A stretch of 64,000 nucleotides of DNA from Escherichia coli (GCF_024502345.1 NZ_JALDNN010000001.1); one strand, 5' to 3'. Positions 32,589 through 43,336 are shown, counted from the stretch's first letter. Translations and numbers: made by a program. The notes: a model not told the origin generated them from the letters alone.

Positions 32589-33424
32589 TTATGCCGTTTT
32601 AAAGCGACGTTTCCGGTGTATCACCATGAGAGCGACAATTACCGCCACCGCAATTGTCGCGGTCCCCCGGAAGACGACTGATGAATCTCCTAGGATGATT
32701 TCCATGAATGATGATAAAAACTGGCCGGAGAATATAGCCATAGAAAGCCAGGCAAGGTTACGTCCCCGGACGCGAGCGTGACTCTGCTCGACTGTCATAT
32801 GATTCACAAGCGGCACCGACAGACCAAACCCACAACTCATTAAAACCCCGCCAGCGATGTAGAACACTACATTATCAGCGAATGAAAATATGAAATGTCC
32901 GGCAGCGTAGCAGCTAAACGCCGTGTACAGATTTCCGTACTCACGTAAACGCGCTATGAGGCGCGGCATCATCGCAGCAGCCCCGACGGCGACCAGTGAG
33001 ATAAACGACAGAAAGTATCCGGTTTCTGCTGCCCCAATAGCCATGCAGCTAAACACCTGCGGAATGATGATAATGCTGGTGAAGAAGCAAATCATGGACA
33101 GCAGGGCTGCAAAAAGCACAGGCGCTAATCGAGTCGCACTCACCGATTCGCTTTCTCCGGCGTTTTCATTCATGTTTTCTGTCCCAGAGGACAATTGTTA
33201 CGGCACAAACGCCAGCTGCATAACCAGAAGAACCTAGGCAAAAAGATGAAGCAAAAACGGCCACTGCCAGCCAAGGGTTGCAAGTAATCCGCCTATAAAC
33301 AGAAAAATGACACCGCCCAGCTCAATCAACATTCCCTGCGAAGGTATCATTTTCAGGCAAGCCTGACCGCTATGAAACGAGGAAATCAATCCGGTTCCTG
33401 CTGACATGACGATGGCGGTATCTG
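32589..33424 (-). pseudogene. MFS-type transporter gene remnant, frameshifted and cut by the IS3-family element
   Basis: ORF 32589..33194 is hydrophobic with about 6 TM helices; more TM-like coding sequence continues upstream in another frame to the IS boundary at 33425. Confidence 0.45.
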
Positions 33425-33442
33425 TGAATCGCCACGGATAAT

Positions 33443-33909
33443 CTAGACACTTCCGAGCCGTTGATAATACTGGTTTTCATATTCTGTCGGTGACATCTGA
33501 TCGCTAGAACCATGCCGACGCCTACTGTTATAAAACATTTCGATGTAATCAAAAATATCGCTGCGGGCTTCTTCCCGCGTTCCGTAGATCTTTTTCTTTA
33601 TCCGCTCGCGTTTCAGTAACTGGAAAAAGCTTTCTGCAACCGCGTTATCGTGGCAGTTACCACGACGGCTCATGCTGCCCTCCAGTCCGTGTGATTTCAG
33701 GAACGACTGCCACTCATGGCTTGTGTACTGACTGCCCTGATCCGAGTGAACCAGCACCTGTTTTTGGGGGTTACGCCGCCATACAGCCATCAGCAGTGCG
33801 TTCAGGACAATGTCCTTTGTCATCCGGGATTGCATTGACCAGCCGATAATTTTACGTGAGAACAGATCAACAACCACGGCAAGATACAGCCAGCCTTCGT
33901 GAGTCCTGA
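33443..33909 (-). pseudogene. IS3-family transposase OrfB, 3' exon-like segment downstream of the intron
   Basis: ...IRTHEGWLYLAVVVDLFSRKIIGWSMQSRM...HSDQGSQYTS...GNCHDNAVAESFF... (DDE domain). Confidence 0.8.
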
Positions 33910-36179
33910 GTAGAGTAAGAGGCAGGGCGTAGTCGGACTATTTCCCTGCCTCTCCTCCCCGAACCGGACGTGCACCTTTCAGCGCATCCGGCTCTCCATT
34001 TAAATGCTGGCGAACGCCATTGCCACTTCTGTAAAGCGCGATGTATACGTGTTTCTGGTCTCCGTCCTCAGATAGGGATTACCTTCGGGTAGCCGCCAGC
34101 GGAACAGCTTCTTGCCTTGCCCCACCAACCGGTACAGTATTTCGCCGCTGAGCTTGCCGTGATTGGTTTTACCAAATAAAACCCACGTTTTGCTCTGACC
34201 CGGTTTCGGTGATTTACACCACCACCTCATCAGGGAAGCGATACCTGTACGGTATTTGCGGGCCAGCCAGTGAGCCAGCTTCCAGAACACGACACGGTCG
34301 ATATAACTGAAGACTTTGGCCTTAAAATCAACGAACTGATAGAACATAGCCCAGCCTTTCAGTTTTCGGTTGAGTTGTTCAGCCATATCGACTTTGCTTT
34401 CACTGTAGTTGCCTGATAACAGTGCTGTCAGCGATGCGGCGAAGTTTCTGGCTTTCTCCTGCGGGATCGTTGAGACCACTCGCATCTCGCCATAACGACT
34501 GCGTTTGCGAATGATCCTGTGCCCCAGAAAGATAAAGCCGTCATTAACATGGGTGATTTTAGTCTTATCCATGTTCAGCCTGAGTTTCAGACTGCCTTCG
34601 AGCACACCCCGACACTCCTCCCTGATGGCTTCCGCCTGTGCTTTGGTGCCTTTGACGATGAGGACAAAATCATCGGCATAGCGGCAGTACGCCACCGCGG
34701 GTTTCCACTGCCAGTTTTCTCTGACCGCCGTACTTCGGCCCCGTTGGATACTGTTATTCCAGTACCACCGATCTTTTCTGGCTTTCCCGCTCAGGTAGCG
34801 CTCATGCAGGTATTGATCGAACTCATTCAGCATGATGTTCGATAATAGCGGCGATATAACACCGCCCTGTGGCACACCTTCACTGGCCGCCCGAAAGAGA
34901 CCGACATCGATATGTCCCGCCTTGATGGTTTTCCACAGCAGAGTCATGAAACGTGCGTCACTGATCCTGCGGCGTACAGCCTTCATCAGCAGTCGATGAT
35001 GTACGGTGTCGAAGTAACTGGACAGGTCGCCTTCAATCACCCAGCGTCCCCGGGTTTCACCACAGTCTGTGAGCTGTAATTTCACCGTGCGGATCGCGTG
35101 GTGGACACTGCGCTCAGGCCGGAAGCCATATGAGAGCGTATGAAAATCACTCTCCCATATCGGCTCCATCGCCATCAGCATGGCCCGCTGAACAATACGA
35201 TCCCGCAACGCGGGGATACCCAGTGGTCGCAGTTTGCCGTTGCTTTTAGGGATGTAAACCCGTCTGGCGGGCAAGGGCTGGTAGTGGCCTGAGAGTAATT
35301 CATCCCTGAGGATTTGCAGCTCAACAGCCAGTCTGGCCTGTAGCATTGTTTTGTTCACGCCATCAACGCCGGGGGTATGGGCCCCCTTTGATGAAAGCGT
35401 GATCCGCGCCGCTTCAGCCAGCCATTCTGGTTGTGTTATCAGACGCAGCAGCCGTTGAATCCGTAGGGACGGATCGGTGGCTGCCCATGTGGCAAGCTTG
35501 CGTTGCATTTCGCTGATTATCAAAGGTCTTCACCTCGTTAGGTCAGTTAATTCACGTCGCAAACACATTCAAACTGCTTCCCTTCGCCATGTAATGGGCT
35601 TTCCCCATCGCGGACTACTACGGAAGCTCCGCCAGCCAGCGCGTCATCGGAGCCATGCCCCCTTAACATCCGTCGCTGACCTTCCCCGGTTTACCTGCCT
35701 GGACTCAGGCATACTGAGGAGGCTGCCCGTCGCACTCTTTATCCTTGCTTGCCGCAAGTTGGCAGAAGTCAGCAACGCAAGCGTGATAGACGCTGCTGCC
35801 CCGGTGTTTCGCATACATGTCAAAACACCTTCGACCGGCAGTGCTTACGTATCACTGCCAGTTCCTCCTGCACGGCCTGTCAGATCACGTAGGCCGTGGT
35901 GACGTTTTCAACCCACAGAGGCGGATTAACGGGTTCATGTTCTTCAGCCTTTCAGTACTTAACCTTGAGGATCATCTCGGCTTAGTGATCTCGCCTCAAT
36001 CCCCGTTGTCAGCGGGTTACATCACCCTGCGGGCATGCCGCAGGTCACTGCCGCTCAGGTTCTCCACCGTCACACCCGGTGGGATTGTTGGGTTTCTCAT
36101 CGTGAGTTACCGGTTCAATATTCCAGACAGACTCGCGGTTCATTTAAGCATCCATGCCCGCCCTGAACTCCGGGCACAC
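33910..36179 (-). mobile_element. bacterial group II intron (about 2.27 kb) inserted in IS3-family orfB
   Basis: 5' end GUGUG immediately after exon codon ...DITY; 3' end ...CUAC (AY); domain V GAGCCGGATGCGCTGAAAGGTGCACGTCCGGTTC about 50 nt from the 3' end; internal RT/maturase ORF; joining the flanks restores in-frame ...DITYIRTHEGWLYLAV.... Confidence 0.85.
34000..35523 (-). CDS. group II intron-encoded reverse transcriptase/maturase
   Basis: 507 aa; RT motifs including ...YCRYADDFVLIV... (YADD box) and a C-terminal maturase region; no HNH endonuclease Cys cluster seen. Confidence 0.9.
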   Translation of the reverse strand: MIISEMQRKLATWAATDPSLRIQRLLRLITQPEWLAEAARITLSSKGAHTPGVDGVNKTMLQARLAVELQILRDELLSGHYQPLPARRVYIPKSNGKLRPLGIPALRDRIVQRAMLMAMEPIWESDFHTLSYGFRPERSVHHAIRTVKLQLTDCGETRGRWVIEGDLSSYFDTVHHRLLMKAVRRRISDARFMTLLWKTIKAGHIDVGLFRAASEGVPQGGVISPLLSNIMLNEFDQYLHERYLSGKARKDRWYWNNSIQRGRSTAVRENWQWKPAVAYCRYADDFVLIVKGTKAQAEAIREECRGVLEGSLKLRLNMDKTKITHVNDGFIFLGHRIIRKRSRYGEMRVVSTIPQEKARNFAASLTALLSGNYSESKVDMAEQLNRKLKGWAMFYQFVDFKAKVFSYIDRVVFWKLAHWLARKYRTGIASLMRWWCKSPKPGQSKTWVLFGKTNHGKLSGEILYRLVGQGKKLFRWRLPEGNPYLRTETRNTYTSRFTEVAMAFASI

Positions 36180-36525
36180 TGTAGGTTATGTCCGTTACCC
36201 AACGCTCATCCGGAGCATCCGGATTGAACTGTCGCTGGAGCCTGTTGGGCGACACAATACTGGCCTCGCCTTTACGTGCCCGCGGGCTCCGGTATCCGAC
36301 CTGAGCCTTTATCCCGACACGTTTCATCAGTCGCCAGACTCTGTTGACTCCGCACTGTTGCCCGCTATCCCGCAGATCCAGATGGATCTTGCGATAACCA
36401 TAGACACATCCCGATTCCAGCCAGAACTGTTTAATCTGTCCTGTCAGTCTCAGGTCTACCTGATGGCGTTGTGAATGCGGCTGCTGAAGCCAGGAGTAAA
36501 AGCCACTGGGATGAACATCCAGCAC
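36180..36525 (-). pseudogene. IS3-family transposase OrfB, 5' exon-like segment upstream of the intron
   Basis: ...RQFNPDAPDERWVTDITY then the reading frame runs into the intron. Confidence 0.8.
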
Positions 36526-36611
36526 CCTACAAAGCAGGCGAACAGGCCAGAAACAGGTGTTGTCGCGGATAAAGGCGTACCTCAGTCGGACAGTTTTGCG
36601 AAGTACGCCGC

Positions 36612-37832
36612 TGTAGATTCAATTGGTCAACGCAACAGTTATGTGAAAACATGGGGTTGCGGAGGTTTTTTGAATGAGACGAACATTTACAGCAGAGGAA
36701 AAAGCCTCTGTTTTTGAACTATGGAAGAACGGAACAGGCTTCAGTGAAATAGCGAATATCCTGGGTTCAAAACCCGGAACGATCTTCACTATGTTAAGGG
36801 ATACTGGCGGCATAAAACCCCATGAGCGTAAGCGGGCTGTAGCTCACCTGACACTGTCTGAGCGCGAGGAGATACGAGCTGGTTTGTCAGCCAAAATGAG
36901 CATTCGTGCGATAGCTACTGCGCTGAATCGCAGTCCTTCGACGATCTCACGTGAAGTTCAGCGTAATCGGGGCAGACGCTATTACAAAGCTGTTGATGCT
37001 AATAACCGAGCCAACAGAATGGCGAAAAGGCCAAAACCGTGCTTACTGGATCAAAATTTACCATTGCGAAAGCTTGTTCTGGAAAAGCTGGAGATGAAAT
37101 GGTCTCCAGAGCAAATATCAGGATGGTTAAGGCGAACAAAACCACGTCAAAAAACGCTGCGAATATCACCTGAGACAATTTATAAAACGCTGTACTTTCG
37201 TAGCCGTGAAGCGCTACACCACCTGAATATACAGCATCTGCGACGGTCGCATAGCCTTCGCCATGGCAGGCGTCATACCCGCAAAGGCGAAAGAGGTACG
37301 ATTAACATAGTGAACGGAACACCAATTCACGAACGTTCCCGAAATATCGATAACAGACGCTCTCTGGGGCATTGGGAGGGCGATTTAGTCTCAGGTACAA
37401 AAAACTCTCATATAGCCACACTTGTAGACCGAAAATCACGTTATACGATCATCCTTAGACTCAGGGGCAAAGATTCTGTCTCAGTAAATCAGGCTCTTAC
37501 CGACAAATTCCTGAGTTTACCGTCAGAACTCAGAAAATCACTGACATGGGACAGAGGAATGGAACTGGCCAGACATCTAGAATTTACTGTCAGCACCGGC
37601 GTTAAAGTTTACTTCTGCGATCCTCAGAGTCCTTGGCAGCGGGGAACAAATGAGAACACAAATGGGCTAATTCGGCAGTACTTTCCTAAAAAGACATGTC
37701 TTGCCCAATATACTCAACATGAACTAGATCTGGTTGCTGCTCAGCTAAACAACAGACCGAGAAAGACACTGAAGTTCAAAACACCGAAAGAGATAATTGA
37801 AAGGGGTGTTGCATTGACAGATTGAATCTACA
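36612..37832 (+). mobile_element. IS30, complete (1221 bp)
   Basis: Terminal inverted repeats TGTAGATTCAATTGGTCAACGCAACAG at 36612 and its reverse complement ending at 37832; one 383-aa transposase ORF. Confidence 0.9.
36674..37825 (+). CDS. IS30 transposase
   Basis: 383 aa, MRRTFTAEEKASVFELWKNGTGFSEIANILGSKPGTIF..., recognised as the E. coli IS30 transposase. Confidence 0.95.
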   Translation: MRRTFTAEEKASVFELWKNGTGFSEIANILGSKPGTIFTMLRDTGGIKPHERKRAVAHLTLSEREEIRAGLSAKMSIRAIATALNRSPSTISREVQRNRGRRYYKAVDANNRANRMAKRPKPCLLDQNLPLRKLVLEKLEMKWSPEQISGWLRRTKPRQKTLRISPETIYKTLYFRSREALHHLNIQHLRRSHSLRHGRRHTRKGERGTINIVNGTPIHERSRNIDNRRSLGHWEGDLVSGTKNSHIATLVDRKSRYTIILRLRGKDSVSVNQALTDKFLSLPSELRKSLTWDRGMELARHLEFTVSTGVKVYFCDPQSPWQRGTNENTNGLIRQYFPKKTCLAQYTQHELDLVAAQLNNRPRKTLKFKTPKEIIERGVALTD

Positions 37833-38089
37833 GCGGCTTTTTTTAATATGTCCCGTTCGTCGGTAACCCGCTTCAGCTCTTTCTGAAGGCGGCGGATCTC
37901 GGTCTGAGCATCTGACTGTTCTTTATTAGTGGAAGAATCCGGGCCGTACTTCTTTATCCAGGCGTAAAGGCTGTGGGTGGTGATATCGAGACGTGTTGCA
38001 ACGCTGGCAACAGAATAACCGCGATCAACAACCTGTTTGACTGCTTCAATTTTAAACTCTTCGGGATAACGCTTACCGCTCATGGGCAC
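37833..38089 (-). pseudogene. IS3-family transposase OrfA, interrupted near its 3' end by IS30
   Basis: MSGKRYPEEFKIEAVKQVVDRGYSVASVATRLDITTHSLYAWIKKYG...ILKKAAV then IS30; the continuation (YFAKLSD*) lies on the other side of IS30 near 36585..36611. Confidence 0.8.
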
Positions 38090-38317
38090 CTCTCTTTAAG
38101 CCATCTTAAATGACTCTGAGGTGTCTGTTAAACCCGTGGCGATTCAAGAAGGTTGAATATGATTCCCGACTCATTAATGGAACGCTGCATGATGTTATGC
38201 ATTACGGGTTGACATTACGATGTGACGGGCCGGGTTAGCTGTATGGAGCCTGTACACAAGTTTGTGTAATTGCCTGATTTTGATATGTTCAATTCAACAT
38301 CAAAAGCAGGTTACTTT

Positions 38318-38708
38318 ATGGACGAAAAACAGTTGTAGGCTCTGGCTAACGAACTGACCAAAAATCTCAAAACCCCTGACGATCTCAACCAGTTCGATCG
38401 CCTGCTGAAAAAAATCAACGTTGAGCGCCGCCTCAACGCCGAAATGCTCCATCACCTCGGCTACGGTAAACATCAGTCTAAACCGGGTGCCAACTCCCGC
38501 AACGGCTATTTCACAAAAACCGTTACCACCGGCGATGGCCCGCTGGAACTGCGTACGCCGTGCGATCGTGACGGCTCCTTCGAGCCCCAACTGGTGAAGA
38601 AAAACCAGACCCGGATCACCGGGATGGATAACCAAATCCTGTCACTGTACGCCAAAGGGATGACCACCCGTGAGATAGTGGCTGCGTTCAAAGAGTTGTA
38701 TGACGCGG
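38318..38708 (+). pseudogene. IS256-family transposase remnant (N-terminal part, in-frame stop, 3'-truncated)
   Basis: MDEKQL*ALANELTKNLKTPDDLNQFDRLLKKINVERRLNAEMLHHLGYGKHQSKPGANSRNGYFTKTVTTGDGPLELRTPCDRDGSFEPQLVKKNQTRITGMDNQILSLYAKGMTTREIVAAFKELYDADVSPTL; TAG at codon 7; similarity ends near 38708. Confidence 0.7.
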
Positions 38709-39766
38709 ATGTCTCACCGACGCTGGTAGTCCTTCATGCTCCGGAAGGTCAGACTGATGTTGTCTTCACTGCCATCATCAGCAAGCGTGTTTTTAACGGT
38801 AAGATTGACTTTTGGGGAATATTCAGAAATGACAGAATCACAATTATTTTTATTCAAATCAACTTTTTTGCGCTCAGACAAGGGGCAGACTCCTGACCAT
38901 TACTGAAGTCGCCCGCCACGAGCAATTTCAGGGGGAGCTCCGTTTTCTTGCTCGCACCACCGGTATGCAAATCAAGTTTTAAATTAATACGCGCTTTAGG
39001 GATTTCGGACTGAAAGGAAGAATTAGACATGGCTGTCCCTGTTCTATGGAGTGATAGAAACGGTCAATGCCAGTGAAAAATAAATAAGAAAAAATTACCC
39101 AGCCAGAACAACTTTCCGGTTCGCGTCATCCGACGTAAATAAAAATCCCGGAACCAAAAAAAGCGGGCGCATTCCATCCACCAGCATGTCGACACTGTAT
39201 TTTCTGGGTATTTGTCTGAAATGAAAAATTTCGGATAAGGCCCAATGGCTGGAGTTTGGGAACGTTCCCTGCCAGATCGAAAATGAAAAAATGTAACAAA
39301 GATTTACATTCCTGGCTTTTAACAAAAAAAATATCATCTTTCTGATTTATAAAAATTTTACACCATAACCCTTCAGGCCCCGCGGGATAAGGATGTACAG
39401 AAAATGATCAATTTGGCTTAGGGTGTATATTTGTACAAAATATCACCAGTCACGTGAAATATCTGATTTTGTACTTTTATCAGAAATTGAGAAGCTGGAC
39501 GTGACTGAGCATGTGAAAAACTGGCGACAGTTTCAGGTTTCCATCATTTCTTATTATTCACGTAAACCGGGCTTATTTATTTTTTTTCAGATTAAAGGAA
39601 TTGCAACGCCCGGACTTTACGCATATCTCATACCTGTACCAGCGATATGAATATCTCAGCCGCCGGTGCATTAGCGCGACCAGGAACAACACCCGTTCGG
39701 TTTACAGAAAGACAGACGTGGACAGTGATGAGCTTTGCTGCGGGTTGAGAACGGTTGTTTTACTGC

Positions 39767-40372
39767 TCAAGGTTGTAACACGATCCGATTCGACTCCAGC
39801 ATGACAGCCGACAGTGTATGAGCCGCAAAAACAGCCATACAGGCTGACAAGTCGCCATTCACAAGAAACTCAACCGGCGCAACGAGTTTCCCTCCATCCG
39901 AAAATCCGCAGGTCAGTGCCGACTTCCTTACCAGCAGTGCATTCGCATCGCTGTATTCCAGGGCCAGAAGCGTTTCATTGTCCCAGTCCCTGTCACTCAC
40001 CGCTGCATTGACCCAGCCCCGCGATTTAAGCTGTTCAATTGCGTACGTCAGCCGATACAAATCCGACTGCGCTGACACCGGTCCGGTGCACGAAGACCAC
40101 AGATATTCCAGACGACTGAATAAGCTGGCGGCAAGGCCTTTGTTACGCCCCAGCGTCAGCAATCCCTCAATATCAGATGCGATTGCACGTGGAAACCGTT
40201 TTTGCTTATACGCCACCGTTAACCAGCGCAGTATAAATGCATGCGTGCTGAGTGGCGACAATGCCTGACCATCCTGCTGAGCGGTACGTAAGGCGACAAG
40301 GGCGCACCAGGCGAAATGCGCAAGTGCTGTGACGGTTTGTTCCGGGGGTAAGGTATCGTGAGCTTTTTTCAT
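39767..40372 (-). CDS. hypothetical protein (201 aa), first gene of a CP4-like module
   Basis: ORF; same strand and tight spacing with neighbours. Confidence 0.45.
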   Translation of the reverse strand: MKKAHDTLPPEQTVTALAHFAWCALVALRTAQQDGQALSPLSTHAFILRWLTVAYKQKRFPRAIASDIEGLLTLGRNKGLAASLFSRLEYLWSSCTGPVSAQSDLYRLTYAIEQLKSRGWVNAAVSDRDWDNETLLALEYSDANALLVRKSALTCGFSDGGKLVAPVEFLVNGDLSACMAVFAAHTLSAVMLESNRIVLQP

Positions 40373-40448
40373 TCAGGGATTATATCGGCGCTGCAGACAC
40401 CGGGGAAGACCTGGATAACTCCCCCATTAATTAGAGAAGCTATTACTT

Positions 40449-41015
40449 TCACGGACAAATCATCCCCGTTCTGGCCGTTGCTATTGGCTCTGACATGGCC
40501 TTAACATGCACGGTAAGCTGGTTAAAGGGTGTTGCGAAGACTCCCTGAGCGACGCGGTTAATAATGATCTGCGTCATACTCGTTACACCGTCAGTGCAGG
40601 CGGTACCGGTCACCTTTTGCCATGCGTCGGCGATGATGGCGTTAAGCCCCGGAGGCGCACTGTCGGTCAGTTGCAGGTTTCGCCCTGTACCCAGCGTATC
40701 GAGATTGAGCAGCAGCACCATTTTGCACTCCGGTGCGCTGGCCGTCTCCCATATCCAGCGTAACAGCGTCGGGAGTGAACGATGTCGTGCCTGCTGACGC
40801 TGGCGCGAATATTCGCCGGTGCGCTGCCAGACTTCAGAGTGAAAACGCAGAATCAATGACCGGTATTCGCTCATGGCTTCACGATACGGTAGCGCCAGCG
40901 TAAAGCTGAATGCCGCCAGTCGCGGGTAATGGTCAACGGCCTGTTGCAGAAATGCACGCGTGCTGACGGCATCCGCGCTGACAGCATCAGACGCCCGTAT
41001 GTAAGAATGATTCAT
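40449..41015 (-). CDS. YagK/YfjJ-like hypothetical protein (recurring paralog family, type A)
   Basis: Clear similarity to ORF 62146..62688 (AFLQQAVDHYPRLAAFSFTL vs RFVQQGVDHWPHLLAFHFTL; LRWIWE...KMVLLLNLD vs LRWLRE...RCLLLLSQT); family name from memory of CP4 prophage proteins. Confidence 0.45.
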   Translation of the reverse strand: MNHSYIRASDAVSADAVSTRAFLQQAVDHYPRLAAFSFTLALPYREAMSEYRSLILRFHSEVWQRTGEYSRQRQQARHRSLPTLLRWIWETASAPECKMVLLLNLDTLGTGRNLQLTDSAPPGLNAIIADAWQKVTGTACTDGVTSMTQIIINRVAQGVFATPFNQLTVHVKAMSEPIATARTGMICP

Positions 41016-41090
41016 AATGCAGACTCTCTTTAGGTTAAATCAGGGAGGACACCGCCTCTACGGCGGTATCTGGTTCATAAAGACGGGGAA

Positions 41091-41507
41091 CTATCTGGTA
41101 CTGCAGCAGTAGTTTCTCTGCCAGTGCGCTTCTTCGATGCTGTAGATACCAGTCAGACACCGGGGACAGTGCTTCACGCCCTGGTAATGGTCGCCGCACC
41201 ACACGCAGTACCAGGAGAGCACCATTACCGTCGCTTCCAGCCCGTTGATGAGACTGCGCAGCTTTCGGTGCCGGGCTTCGGTTTTCACTTCCGGGTCAAG
41301 GTGGGCGCAGGCCATCAGCACATGCCGGGCCACGCTCTGCTGGTCATGTTCAAACCACGGCGGCTCCCCGTATGTCCCCGCATGGAGCACCAGTCGACAG
41401 CCGCAGGACGCGCAGCTCCATATCTGCCCCGGCGCACTCACGGCCTCCCCGGCTGTCGCGAAGTGGCCTTCGCGGTCATTGGCCAGATAACATTTCAGCA
41501 TGCGCAT
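41091..41507 (-). CDS. Cys/His-rich putative zinc-binding protein (paralog 1)
   Basis: Shares the pattern SC..C.......PWFEH....C.....W.C..CG..Y.G...C..C.TG with ORF 41495..41944. Confidence 0.45.
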   Translation of the reverse strand: MRMLKCYLANDREGHFATAGEAVSAPGQIWSCASCGCRLVLHAGTYGEPPWFEHDQQSVARHVLMACAHLDPEVKTEARHRKLRSLINGLEATVMVLSWYCVWCGDHYQGVKHCPRCLTGIYSIEEAHWQRNYCCSTR

Positions 41508-41944
41508 GCCGTCACTTCCTCTATCCGGTTGGTATCAGCACGCACATCACTGTGCTCGCCCGTCCGGCAGGTGAGGCAGTAGCGCTCACCGTGGTAATCA
41601 CTGCCGCAGCCGTGACAGTGCCAGTCTGCGTAGAAAACCAGGGGACGGGCTTCCGGTACATAAGACTGCAGTTGCCGGATATGGCGGGTCTCCCTCACCC
41701 CGGGCTTTACATACGGGCAGTGCTGTCGACCGTTCTCCGAAAGCTTTGCTGCATGATGTTCAAACCACGGACGTTCGGTGTCGTATTCAGGATGGTACTG
41801 CAGGGCACTGGCACACAGATGGCAGCTGTAGCGGTCATACGGCGCGGTCTGCGCGGTTATGGCTCCCGTGAGACGGCCGTTGCCGTCCAGAGCCATAAAC
41901 GATTTTGCATACATAGTGGTACTCTCCTTACCGCCAGACGACAC
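41495..41944 (-). CDS. Cys/His-rich putative zinc-binding protein (paralog 2)
   Basis: As above; overlaps the downstream gene by about 13 nt. Confidence 0.45.
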   Translation of the reverse strand: MSSGGKESTTMYAKSFMALDGNGRLTGAITAQTAPYDRYSCHLCASALQYHPEYDTERPWFEHHAAKLSENGRQHCPYVKPGVRETRHIRQLQSYVPEARPLVFYADWHCHGCGSDYHGERYCLTCRTGEHSDVRADTNRIEEVTACAC

Positions 41945-42203
41945 GCAGGCGTCAGCCGTCCCGGTACGGGCAGCGTGGCAGGGTGAATGGCGGTTCAGTT
42001 ATGCGTTAGCGGGTCGGTACGGTTGGTGGTCGGCACCGGAATACAGAAAGGTTACGGTTGTGCAGGTGCGTCGGTGGGTCTGAAACAAACGGGACAGGGT
42101 CTGGCGCCACAGTACTGTCGCCGGCAACGGGGACACGTCCAGCGAACCGGGATGGCCTGTGGCTGAGTGCGGCGTCGTTTTTCCATTCAGATATCCTCCC
42201 TGC

Positions 42204-42443
42204 TCAGACGCCACGGGAATCAGCAATACGCTGCTGCATCCAGGCTTCCACCTCGCTTCTGCGCCAGCGGGAGCTGCGCCCCAGCTTGATGGGTTTCGGA
42301 AACAACCCGTCGCCAATCAGTTTGTAAAACCATTTGTCGGTCATCCCGGTAAACGTGGTGATAAAGGTCATGTCGATAAGCGGGTCCTGAGCTGAAAGCA
42401 GTGTGTCAGGGCTGGCATTAATATTCGTATTCAACGTGGTCAT
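42204..42443 (-). CDS. AlpA-like phage regulatory protein / excisionase-family HTH
   Basis: ...LIDMTFITTFTGMTDKWFYKLIGDGLFPKPIKLGRSSRWRRSEVEAWMQQR...; highly similar to ORF 62914..63144. Confidence 0.65.
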   Translation of the reverse strand: MTTLNTNINASPDTLLSAQDPLIDMTFITTFTGMTDKWFYKLIGDGLFPKPIKLGRSSRWRRSEVEAWMQQRIADSRGV

Positions 42444-42595
42444 GGTATTTTTCTCCCTCTGAGGATATGGCTATCGGGAGACGTCCGGTGGTGGTTGAAT
42501 CATGGGGTTACCGGTTCTCCTCAGAGGATAGGGGAACGTTGTAAAAAATTACCCGGCCCGCACAATCAGGCCTGATGAATCGAGATATGTCTGGC

Positions 42596-43201
42596 TCAGC
42601 CACGGCTGCAACCGAAGTTACGCTCACCGTCACCGGTGATTTTGGTCTCCAGCTTGGCTAAATAGGCCGCCTGCGACAGGGCCTGTTGCAGTTGAGCACC
42701 ATCGCCACGTGTCAACCATGAGACTGGACTCGCCGGGAAACGAGCCAGAACGGCATGCGCCTGTGCATCCACCTTCAGGGCGCTGCACCACGCTTGTTTA
42801 ATCATACCTGCAAGCGAATCCGGGTCTTTGTAATCTCCCGGTCCGCACCACGTATCGCGGTTCAGCAACAGCACCGCGTGGTAATGCTTCTTCCCTTTGA
42901 TTTCACCAAACTCCCGCGCCCAGATAAAACGCAGCGTGGTCGGCCAGACGCGTTTGCCCTCGCGACGTTGACGCGTCTGAAGGGCATCAATCCGGGCTTT
43001 CAGGGAATCGGTGAAGCGGGAGATAACAGCAGCATCGGTGGCCGCTGGCGTATCCGGCAGACGGAGGTCAACACGCAGGGCCAGTAAGCGGGTGTAAGCG
43101 TTAAGAGCGCAACTGAAGGTATCAGCGATGCGTTGCTGCCAGTAAGGGTCGTATGTGTAACTCATTAAAATGGACTCCGGTGGGTTATCGTTCATAACCA
43201 T
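42596..43201 (-). CDS. YagK/YfjJ-like hypothetical protein (type B)
   Basis: ...KHYHAVLLLNRDTW...; related to ORF 63213..63803. Confidence 0.45.
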   Translation of the reverse strand: MVMNDNPPESILMSYTYDPYWQQRIADTFSCALNAYTRLLALRVDLRLPDTPAATDAAVISRFTDSLKARIDALQTRQRREGKRVWPTTLRFIWAREFGEIKGKKHYHAVLLLNRDTWCGPGDYKDPDSLAGMIKQAWCSALKVDAQAHAVLARFPASPVSWLTRGDGAQLQQALSQAAYLAKLETKITGDGERNFGCSRG

Positions 43202-43336
43202 TACCGGTGCTGTTAAAAAAAACTTATTGCCTTCAGCGAGTCCGCCAGTCGATCCCTCAGAGACGGCTGGCTTCAGTAAAATATCGTGGCTGGCAGAATG
43301 ATTGCGTAAAGGGTAATCGCCTCTCAGAAATCGGTT

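Larger units (their letters stand above)
33425..38146 (-). mobile_element. IS3-family insertion sequence carrying two secondary insertions (a group II intron in orfB and IS30 in orfA)
   Basis: Terminal inverted repeats TGAATCGCCACGG... at 33425 and its reverse complement ending at 38146; after subtracting IS30 (1221 bp) and the intron (2270 bp) about 1.23 kb remains, the usual IS3-family size. Confidence 0.8.

Noticed and set aside
39095-39804. Short ORFs in the AT-rich region 38900..39760
   Set aside because: Low-complexity AT-rich sequence without coding signals; treated as non-coding.
41999-42316. 105-aa minus-strand ORF overlapping the AlpA-like gene
   Set aside because: Overlaps the better-supported AlpA-like ORF; Gly/Ala/Pro-rich antisense-type composition.
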